The position numbers were made by a program, and so were the translations under genes. A DNA stretch of 60,000 bases from Lytechinus pictus (lineage: Eukaryota), in assembly GCF_037042905.1 (NCBI RefSeq), contig NC_087245.1:33978001-34038000 (forward strand), given 5' to 3'. A model generated the notes under the pieces. The model did no database searches. It was not told where the DNA came from and saw only the letters and a program-made list of their open reading frames with translations. This document shows, one piece after another, positions 14,003-25,014 of the stretch; within the stretch, counting starts at the first letter, position 1, and each line of letters opens with the position of its first letter.

Positions 14003-17000
14003 TTGAACATGAAACCTTCCCGATCAGGACTACTCCGTTAGAGCTACACTCCTCATGCAGCCAAACTAAGAACCAGTGAACATAAACTGGAATTTTACCG
14101 GGGATGTTTCATTTTTCGATTATGTATTCACATATCGACGTAAAACATGACTGACTTTTTGTCTTATCATCTTCACCACATCCATGAAATAATTGTTTAT
14201 TTCAAAAATAAAATAACATCCGACGAGTAGTCCTTCAAAGGATAATGAATAAAATTTGAAGTGCCTTATACATTTATACATCCATATATATATATATATA
14301 TATATTTGTCCTGAACAATATGTTACATTCTTGTTGGCAAAAGCACAAAGAGGCAAAGGGCTTTCTTCATATGTTCAAGTTCCAATCCCTTCCAAGTGAA
14401 CAATGTGGAGGACCTAATAAAAAGTCTGAAAATGAAATCATAATGAACTCATCCTCATATCATGGACTCATTATTCAAGATAGCCCACTGTATCATGATG
14501 TTTCAAACATGAAATTGTTTTCCCTGCTGCAATACTGTTCCTTGAAGGCTAAGATGTTTGTTCACCAGTTTTTTTTACTGAAGAAAACCTCTATTCCTTG
14601 GACTACGTATTATAAATCCACACCTGTCGGTAAATTATTTAGATGAAGACGTTGACCACTGCTCCAATTACGGTAATTTCCGGCAGCATAGTTCTCAGGC
14701 TATACCCAGTTCATTTCTATTTATTACAAGAGCGTATTAACGCCAAAATTGACATCCATTACCATGGACTCTAGGCTATCTGGTCAGGAACTAGATCCAA
14801 CCAAAGGGAAACTCTTTGCAGCCAGACTTGGAGCGTTCTAGGCATACTATAGTAGGTCCAATTGTCATCAAACTTTCCTGCCAGCCTACCTTGCCTCGCA
14901 GTAGTCAGCTTGAATCCATTTTATCCAAAGAGCCGACTCTGCAAAAGAAAACAAGAAAAAAGCCTGGGCAGAACACCTAAATCTGTATCTCGTACCAAAA
15001 CGGGTTTGTCCCTCTGCTTTCCCTTTCAATTTATCACTCAATTATGAGCTTAACACGAAAGGAGCAGCTTCCCGAAACATCTGAAAACCGCCTTCACGGA
15101 ATAATCAGTAGTCCTGCTCCTTATGTTTCATTTTTAACTTTAATTTTCCAATTCCCTACAGTACAACCCCAACCAGCGATGCAATATCATCTGCATACAT
15201 GTTCGTGTCGCAACTTAGACAATATTTCAAAACCAGATTAAGCTTCAAATAATCTGTTCCAAATGACTATAACTGTTATTATTTTGAAATATATTATCAT
15301 TATTATTTCAGTATTCAGTTTACCTCTATATCACTGCAGAAATAATCGAGCCAAATTATTGCATCCAGCCCATTGGAAACATTTTCATACTCAACGGGCC
15401 ACCAACAAAATATTTCACACGCTGTACAATTCCAAAAAAGAAGATGTACTTTTGTAACCTGGTTCCTGATTGTGCAATCGGTAAATTTCGTTTGATTGGC
15501 CAGTTTACCTACATGGCTTATTGCATTAAAGGCATCCGTATTGTGTCCCCCGAAAGCAAAGGGGGAATGACAGCATGGTGCATCTACAAGATTTCAGACT
15601 TTCCCACACATGCCCATTTACACTCAATGCCTTCCAGGAATTAACTCCTCATTATTTATTATTTTATTTGCCGCCTTGATCATTTATACCAAATCTATAA
15701 TAATTATCATTCTTTTTAAAATGATATTATCGATATTATCTCAGTTCAAATCATTGACCAGCCAAATAGGCCTATTTGATACATACCTTGAACCATGAGG
15801 TGTAACTAGGTTCAATTGTGAAGCGCTTTGAGCAGTTCGACTTCGAGGTTGATATAAAGCGCTATATAACAACCAGTAATTAAATTCAATTCCAATAGGG
15901 CCTAAGCATTTCTATTTCTTTTACACAAAATAAAATCCACACAAAATCATCGCACATAAACGACTCCTATTACATAAAGGTTTCTTATTAGGAGGCCTAT
16001 AATATTATAACAAACTGCTCGTTGAACCCCTTGACTTCAATCTAAACTAATTTGGGGATTCCAAGCTAGTTCGAAATTACATCCGACTATTATGTGCATG
16101 GTAAGTCTACTTTTACGTGTACCATGTTTCCTCGAAACGTGAAGCTCACATTTCCAGCAAGCATCGGCATTCAATTCATGCAAAGTGAATTCCAAAAAAC
16201 CAACCCCTTTCAAGGCGTAAATGTATAAACAGAACTCCTTGTTGCAAGGTGGAGGTATTTATATTTAATGTATAATCATTATCACACTGTATCATCAACA
16301 TCAGCAATAAATAGTATTATTTTCAATACTATAAACTCTAGTTATTTTCCTTTAAAAGACTGTAAGAAATCCATACAATCACATGTCATAATGCTAAGCC
16401 ACATCCGCCACTTTTCAAGTGACTGATTCAACAATAATATCATGCCCGTCGCAGTCTGTAGATGTTCATTTAAAAACTGAGTAGACGTATGCATATCTAG
16501 TATAAGCTCTTCCACTACCGGTCTATCCACATAATTTTTAGACCAAGAACACAGCTCATGCTGGCCAATATCCAGAAAAAGTCACAGAGGTCAAATACTA
16601 CTTTTATAGGCCTAACTGAACCAGCTGATTTATCCCCAAAACAGACATGTAAAACCGCGTCTACTGTAAGTAGATCTAACGTTGGACCTAGCCTAATTTC
16701 CTCTGTGGTGTCACCATTAAATTGTAGTCCGAGTACCTGTTCTAGTAGTAGACTACTTGTAAATTTATAACAAAGACAAAGTGACATTTCTCACTCAGTT
16801 ATTTATCAGTACCGAAAAAATTCGAACTTTTTGCCAATCACTAGTAGACCCTCTGCTATTCTCACCATTTTTGCCAAAAACGGCGGCTTAAAATTAATCA
16901 TGGTCTTAAATACATTTTAGCCTAGCCCATCACTAGGCCTAGAATAAGCTGTAATGCTAGAACCAATTTCATATCGGCCTCTATAGACTTCATTTTTCTT

Positions 17001-18685
17001 TGATTTTCCATTGTAAATATACATCGATTCTGGCCGAAGTTTTAGAACCTCAATGTAGGCATATACTGAGGAGACTAACCCCAATTTCCAAACCACCGGC
17101 TGTGAAAATGTATTTACATCCATATTAATCACAGCCATGAACTAGGGCCTACACCTAATACGATACGGTAATTAACGTTAATAAAATTGTTGAACTCATT
17201 TTAAAAATCACCATGACACACCTAGTGACCTAGTTCAGACACTAAAACAAGTCGTCAAGTAGGAACAGGCCTAGGCCCGTGTTTGAATTATGACGATAAC
17301 CCCTCCCTTTTCCATCATGATCGTATAAACCGCTTGGACCAAATTTAAAATTAATTCCAGGCCAAGACCAAGCTATGTCTTATTATGGCTTGACATATGA
17401 CCTACATTCAAATCTAAACCCCAATTGTGTTAACAAGCCAAATAGCCCCCCCATCGAACCATGTTTGCCTGACTACCTTAACTAGTCTTATGCCTGGCCT
17501 ATGGTTGGTAATAGGATCTTCGCGTTCTAACGTGAAAACCGGGGGGGGGGGGGGGGGTTGACGGGCCATGAAATTGAAATGAAAAGGACTCAGAGCCTAT
17601 TAACTCCTGACCAATAAGAACATGATTTTGTTCGAAATCTAAAGCCAGGCCTAGACAGGCCTACCTGCTCGTTACAAAGCAGGCCTCTTCTACGATTCAT
17701 TTAAGCCTAACTTCTACTCTAAGTTAGCACTACATCAATAGGCTTAGCGTTAGGCCTAGACCTACTAGCCTAGGCCTATACTATTTGACACTAAACCGTA
17801 GACCTAAATCTAGACTGAGTCTAGCCTAGATCTATTCCTGCTTCGTACTCACCGGATAGGCTAGGTCTTGTAGAGACTGGAACTTGTGAATTGTCTGGTA
17901 GTGGTACCGACCACGAGTACCCCGTTCCCCGTTCCGTCTGCCAATCCAGACCGTCGCCTCACCTCCCACAAGCAGACTCGAGAGCTCGGACTCAGCCTCC
18001 GGAGTAGGACCTCTGACTTCCGACAAACATTCAATACTCATAGTCATATCATTGGGTGATCATGATGAATCATAGTCGACTGTATCATGGCGTCGCCGAC
18101 AATGTCTAACTTATGCATGATTTCGTTGCCAATGTAGGCCTAGGCCTAGTCTCTAACCTTGTGCCAGGGCCCGTGCTCAAATGTTTTGTTGGCTGGGTTG
18201 GCTGTTGCCAGTCCCAAATCCTGCTCGTTAACGACAAGACTCTCAGACTCAATAAAAATTCCAGGCTTATGAAAAGCCGAATGAACTGAATTCCACCTAG
18301 CAGCTTGAGTCACATTCTCATCATTCGTTCCCATCGTTGCTGAAACCAAACAGCTCAAAGTTAGGGCCCAGCCAATCTGCTGACTGTACTGCTGTAATCG
18401 ATACGGTCGCTCCCCGTCGTATTAAACTTGATTCAAAGTCAAAGCAGACGAGTTATAATTGTTAATGTTAGGCCAGGCAAGAAATAGAGCATCATCAAGT
18501 AATTCGGACTGCATTTTCAGCTTCATAAGCGAAATTGTTGTGAGTCCCTATCGATGATGGTTTCAACAAAAAATTCTTGTAGATTTCGTTGTTCTTTGTA
18601 GATTACGACGTCTTCAAAAATGCAAGGTCGTAAGAAAAATTACAAGCGAATATTTTGGACGTTCATCTCCGTTGAAAGCCAAGAC

Positions 18686-20311
18686 CAACGAACGTAGAGG
18701 GCAGCAACACACGACAGTGTTGCTTTTAGGAAGGTCCACTCGATACGCGCATACAAATGAAGTGCGCGCACAATTTGGTAGGCATGCCAACGAAACCATG
18801 AACCGACGCGATACATTCAGAGATTAATAACAAAATAGAGGTAAAATAACAGATTATGACAAGACTAAATCCCAATAATAGAAATAGAAAAATATAAAAA
18901 CAATTGAAAAAAAATGTACCACATTTCAAAATTAAAAATATTACCAGATTATTGTCTTTTGTTTGTTTAATTCTTCAGTAAACAGGATTGATTATGCCAT
19001 CAAATAAACCAATCTGCTAATTTCACCCCGATTTAGTCAAGCTCATTTTGTGACCGCTATTAAGCTCCGCCCCTCACTCAGCGCACTTTTTTAGTAAATT
19101 GTAGAGTTGATTTTTTTTTATTTCCTCATTTTCAACATTTTTAGTTGATAGACTTTTACAGCAAATATCACGCATAAAAATATTCAACATTTATTTCTGT
19201 ATTTTTCCTAAAATATTACGTGGTGGTGAAAACAATTTCATGACTTTCGCATATCAACATGATAACAAATATACGTGAGGTTGAACATTCTTCATCTATG
19301 TTTCGCTGCACCACATTAATGCGCCTACACAATCCAGCAACAGTGCCATCGCTTGAGTGCAAGCGCCATGGCTGACCGCGCCAGCGCCCCGGCCGGCCGG
19401 TCGATGCGGAGGTAGGATACGGTTGGCTGGTATTTGTGCATGCTAATTGCACAAATTAGGATGAAATTATGGAATGAAAAAAGTAGCTGTGACATATACC
19501 TTCGTCTCTTGATAGTTCACAAGTCAAGGCCCGTCAAAACATATATGGCTCGATACTGGACCAGATAATTTTGGTCTGTTAATTAGGTCTAACTTTAGAC
19601 TAGGACTTACCTGGGCTTGAGCTTGACTGGTGGCCGTATTCGAGCTCTGCCTGATGTCTTGCAAAAACGTTGGGTCGGATTCGTAGATATCGATTAATTC
19701 TTTTATACTTTCAGACTCCGATCTACACTGTAGGGAAAAATTTGGATCCTAACCTTGAACATTTATCGTTGCAACTGGCAGTTAGTGCCACATCAATGAC
19801 AGATTAAGTCCATATCGTTCAAGTCCATATCGAGTAGCGTCTAGATATCCTGCCAGTCCTGCTAGTGCGGACAGCATTGCATTTGCGCAGTACGCGCACC
19901 GATGTGTCCCGGAAGTTTCGGCGCGGCTATGCCAGAAGATCAAGGTATTGGCTCTCGTGTTGGCTGGTGTAGCTTTGTAGGGGCAGCGAAATTAAGCAGA
20001 AAAACGGTAATTCAATGTCATCAGACTATGTATGTTTATTGATGTGCAAACTACAATAATCATGATTACGTTTTGTCTTACTTTTTTCAAAAAATAAATG
20101 AACAGTTATAACAGAATATTTACATTATTTCGTGGAGTTTTCAGTATCCATAAGAAATAGTAAAATTTAACAAACGAAAAAAAATCAACTCTACAATCTA
20201 CCAAAAAAGTGCGCTGAGTGAGGGGCGGGGCTTAAGTGGTCACAAAATCTGAGCGGAGTGGACCTTCCTAAAAGCAACACTGTCGTGTGTTGCTGCCCTC
20301 TACGTTCGTTG
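18686..20311. mobile_element. Non-autonomous TIR DNA transposon with 8-bp TSD GCCAAGAC (P- or hAT-type)
   Basis: About 56-bp TIRs CAACGAACGTAGAGGGCAGCAACACACGACAGTGTTGCTTTTAGGAAGGTCCACTC; TSD at 18678-18685 and 20312-20319; empty site at 11332-11339. Confidence 0.9.
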
Positions 20312-21414
20312 GCCAAGACTAAAATGAAGGATTTTTCGCGCCTTCACACCTAGGCGCGCGCGCCAAAACATGCGCGCTCCTTGCGCCCAGTACAAATTAT
20401 TATCATTGTGCGCATAAACCAAACAGGCTGGCGCTCCATTGTGACGTATCACCTCGTCAACCGCGCCATTCCAAATTACAAATACCTTCATGACCTGGCA
20501 TTGTTCACCGACTAATAAATCATTTTAAATCGCCGAGTCGTCTTTAAAATACATTAACGTATTAAAAATTCCACTAAATTTTCGAAGGAAATTAGTCAAA
20601 TGAGCATTAATATTATATTAATACACCAGCATTAAACATTTTCCCGGTGCTTTTGAAAACGATTATTTCCCACCTGGTTTGTTTCCATTTGTCTAAGCGT
20701 GATCACATGGGTGAAATATGAAGGTCCAAGTCTTGAATCGCATTGATTAAACTGAAATGCGAATGGCATCCTCCTAGTACTCTATCAGGGTAAATAAATT
20801 TGAAAATAGACGCTATGATAAAGGTCAAGTGACACCTAATATCAACGTAACCATTTTATGCTCGCATTAATCATTCCTTAGTCAGTTTAATTTTGCTCTT
20901 CCTATTACGTATGTTTAATTATTAATAATATTTTCTAACTGAAACATCGTGCAGCTGCAGAGACTCAAGTAATATAACGTTTATATGTAGATAGATTAAT
21001 TTTAGATATTACACAATTTCAAGGATTTGTCATAAATCAACATCGGCAATTTATAATGGGCAGCCGAACATTCAATGTATTTCCAATCCAAAGGATTAGA
21101 AGGCTTAAATTCAAATATTTGGGCTTTGAATTCAAATCTCCATTGTTTACGTCTAAATTTAATTCTTGACTGATCACTATTCACAGCCGATCTTGATTTA
21201 TTTAACAATCATTAAAATCTAATGCGCCATAATCATGAGACCATTATCATTCGATTGTGCATCAGGCTCTGGTATAAAAAAGTTAGCGATTAATCGCTAT
21301 ATGAAATGGCCTATCAAGATCATCCTTGTATGTGCATTTCGTTCAGTAGACTGACAAGAAACCAATCTCTTTCAAAGTAGAAATTAATCGCTAACTTATG
21401 TGTTATGGGCCCTG

Positions 21415-21585
21415 GGGGCCGTTTCATAAAGCTGTTCGTAAGTTAAGAGCGACTTAAAGAACGACTGGTGATCCTTTCTTACGCGCTAAACCATCGCCAG
21501 TGAATATACCAGTTACCACAAGAAAGGATCACCAGTCGTTCTTAAAGTCGCTCTTAACTTACGAACAGCTTTATGAAACACCCAC
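21415..21585. mobile_element. Palindromic PIF/Harbinger-like MITE with CWG flanks (relatives at about 44525-44700 and 50036-50217)
   Basis: About 65-bp TIRs GTTTCATAAAGCTGTTCGTAAGTTAAGAGCGAC...; CTG and CAG flanks. Confidence 0.8.
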
Positions 21586-21781
21586 CAGGTCCGGTAAAGC
21601 GGAGGAGGTATGCGGAAGAAAGAAGGAAGGAAGGAAGGAAAGGGTTAAATCCATGAACATTTTTTGTGGATTTTTGAAGTTTTGCGATGTAATATGCGAG
21701 CAGCTCCCTCATTCGCCATGTGACATAAATTACATAAATGAGAAAACTGAGAATGATTTTACTTGTTCGCATTATAGTATG

Positions 21782-22079
21782 ATAATAATAATAACGGTAT
21801 ATTTACCCAGGGTAGCCACTTCAGTTCCGAAAATTGTTCTCCCAGCGGGCCCTGCTATTATTATATATTATTACCCGGTTAAGCACTGCAGCTAGGCTAC
21901 CTATTCAGCTTTTTCTGAGGAATTACTTCCTGCCGGTACCTATTTACCTCACCTGGGTCGAGTGCAGCACACTGTGGATGAATTCCTTGCTGAATGAAAT
22001 TACGCCATGGCTGGGATTTGAACCCACGACCCTCTGCTCCAAAGTCCGGAGACTAATCCACTGGGCCACGACGCTCCAC
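21782..22079 (-). mobile_element. tRNA-derived SINE (SURF1/Nin-type core)
   Basis: Minus strand: GTGGAGCGTCGTGGCCCAGTGG (A box), GGGTTCAAATCCC (B box), CTCGACCCAGGTGAGGTAAATAGGTACCGGC core, (TTA)n tail. Confidence 0.85.
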
Positions 22080-22134
22080 AGTATCACAGTATCAGTAACA
22101 ACATTTTAAACCCGCTTCTAGAAATTGTATTTAA

Positions 22135-22737
22135 AGGACAAGTCCACTCCAACAAAAGAATGATTTGAATAAAAAGAGAAAAATCCAGCAAGCATAACAC
22201 TGAAAATTTTATCAAAATCGGATGTAAAATAAGAAGGTTATGACATTTTAAAGTTTCGCTTAATTTCACAAAACAGTTATATGCACATCCTGGTCGGTAT
22301 GCAAATGAGGAGACTGATGACGTCATCCACTCACTATTTCTTTTGTATTTTATTATATGAAATATAAAATATTCTGATTTTCTCCTCATTGTCATGTGAA
22401 AGAGTGATTAATTCCTCCCTGAACATTTGGAATTAGCATCGTTTAATACTATATGGTTCAGTCAAGTCGGTCCCTATGGTCAAATCTGTAAAAAATGAAA
22501 TATTGTACAATTCAAACAATAAAAAACAAAAGAAATAGTGAGTGATGGACATCATCGACTGACTCATTTGCATTTCACTGAGTTGTGCATATCACTGTTT
22601 TGTGAAAAATAAGCGAAACTTTAAAATACCATAACTTTCTTATTTTACGTCCGATTTTGATGAAATCTTCAGCGTTATGCTAGTTTGATTTTTCTCTATT
22701 TATTCAAATCAACATTTTGCTGGGGTGGACTTGACCT
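22135..22737. mobile_element. Non-autonomous TTAA-TSD transposon (Kolobok-like) with long TIRs
   Basis: TTAA|AGGACAAGTCCAC ... GTGGACTTGACCT|TTAA; about 140-bp imperfect inverted arms. Confidence 0.8.
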
Positions 22738-23474
22738 TTAAAAACCCCAAAGTGTATATACATTAGTCATCGTATTTAGCGAACAGTATGTACAGACATC
22801 CGTTATGTTGCTAGGAACGAAATATCGATAACAAAATCGTAATGTTTGATACTGAACGCAGTCCGAATCAAATTCACTTCAAAAAGAGCTACAGAATGGG
22901 AACAACAAAAGTAAGCAGTTTTTTTATTATTTGTTTTTGTTTCTGGGGGAAGTTAAAGAAAGAGGAACTCAACCCAAATGAGAAGTTGTTTTAATGATCC
23001 AAAGAGTAGTCCTTTGGATATGTCACAGCCTGCTCACCAATTTGTGATTAATAATCTCGTGGAGATCTTATTATTCTTAAATCATAACTTCCTTATTCTT
23101 GGTTCCTTCAAAGTTCGCTACTCTGTTTTTTTTTTCGTATTTTTTTCCTTCATATTAAAACCTGAAATACAAATGTCGGAGTCTAGCACTTTATATACTC
23201 TTGACCATTCCATCCTGAGCCCTGTAATTTCTGCTATATACCTAATTCGACAATAAATTAAGGTCCATTAGTCCAAAGGTATATTATCATTGTATCTTTG
23301 CTGTGGTATGATATTGCTGGTTTTGAATACAACGCCTGTAAAATTCATTAGGTCAAACTCCTCTGCATGTATATTCCCAGTCATTGTCCAGACAACTCCA
23401 AATATGACGTCAATTTAAATAATGTTGTCGTTAATAGTTCATGACATATGATCAGGGGTAATGTCCGACAATAT

Positions 23475-23778
23475 GGCCCGTATTCTGAAGTCAGGTTTAA
23501 CTTGGACCATGGTCTAAATGTGCTAAATTATGGGAAGCCAAAAGTGTCAATTGTTTTATTAAGTTGTACGTTTCTTATGTTTACTGTGTTCTTTCCTGAT
23601 TCATCGATGGTGAAGACAATCATCTATTTATACTTCATAGACAATTATGAATGATTTGAGAGCCAAATGAGCTGAAACGTAATATATCTTAGTGATAAAT
23701 GTAACAATTGGCTATCCATACTTAAACCAAAACTTTAAAACTCGAGTTTAAGTTACACCCGACTTCAGAATACGGGCC
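23475..23778. mobile_element. Harbinger-like MITE (copies at 35442-35753 and, inverted and degraded, about 50550-50852)
   Basis: TIR GGCCCGTATTCTGAAGTC ... GACTTCAGAATACGGGCC. Confidence 0.8.
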
Positions 23779-24811
23779 TACAACTATACCGTATAAACCG
23801 AGTTATATTATTCGTGAAATCCTAATATGAAAGAAGAGGTTGTATCGTTCTCAAGGCGGCCTTGAATTAACCCAAACAGCCGATCCCAATCTTTAAACGT
23901 CTTACGTGCATTGCTCAAAATAGTGTATAAAGTTGATGATGAGTTTCAATCATAATTGCAGCAATGGGAATACATTCAAGTTTTTTGCGACATGTCTGTT
24001 GAATTAGTCGCCAAGGAGAGGAAAATAAACAACGTTTTTCGAAAGGCTTGAATACAAAATTGATATGTCGAACACTATAAAATGGGAAACCCAAATAACT
24101 CACAATATAATTACTGTTTATGACATTGTATTGATATTCGATGAAGGTCATAAAGAGAGCCAATTTCTTAATAGTCGGTGAAGGGCCAATTTTACTGATT
24201 AGGATAAATCCCATGTAAGTATAAAAAGGGAATTTCCACCCCTTCCAAAATGGGTTGATTTATCAATGATGATGATGATAATAATAATCATAATAGCTGG
24301 ATTAATACAGTGCTTTTTGCCTGAGGATACAAATCAAACAGCCATGATGTGAACATTTCAATCAGAATAAGATAGGATATCAAAGAGTCGTGAAATAATC
24401 AAGCTTATACCTATTTTCAAATAATCGTTCCATTAATTTTTCGGGTTGTCCTTTATTTCATTTCGGTGACAAATTGACGTTGGTTTTACATAGCAAGAAT
24501 TGAAGTTTTGCCTTCTCCCCCAAAGTGAACTGCTTGTATTAAAATAAACGTATGGAAGAAGACAAAAAAATTATTCGTGAGGCTAAATAAAGCATTCCTC
24601 TAACATCTACATCTCCTTTGTCTTAATATTCGCATTCCTTGTGATAAAATATTGGCTCATGCAACTATAAAGTGATATGGGGATTTGCCCTCCCAAATGG
24701 TCTAATTCTGAAATATTTCGACTTAATGCGTTATAAATCAATAATTTTACCTCTGTACTCTCTTTGTTGTTTTTGTCCTAGTTATCGTCTCAATAGGAAG
24801 CACAGACAAGG

Positions 24812-25014
24812 ATGGGAAACGAGAGAGTGGTATTGGTAGTCGCTGTGAGTGCAGCGATTGCCGTGGGAATCGGAGTAGGTGTTCTGATCGGGTGGTACTC
24901 GGGTCCCGATCGAGTGACGAATACATACGAGAATGCCCGAAGAGAGGCCGATGAAGCGATTTCGAGTAAGCTCATAAACGAAATGAATGGTCAGAACTGC
25001 AGGGACGTGTTATG
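24812..25014 (+). CDS. Gene A coding exon 1 (short cytoplasmic tail plus transmembrane anchor)
   Basis: [30 protein letters not shown]...CRDVL(W); donor TG|GTAGGT, phase 2. Confidence 0.88.

Larger units (their letters stand above)
10003..20556. mobile_element. Head-to-tail dimer of a TIR-less element bounded by CATTA (short copy 10003-11576, long copy 11572-20556); possibly Crypton-like
   Basis: 826-bp left arm 10003-10828 = 11572-12397; right arm 11290-11576 = 18636-20556 once the nested insert is removed; CATTA at 10003, 11572 and 20552. The class is an inference. Confidence 0.6.
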
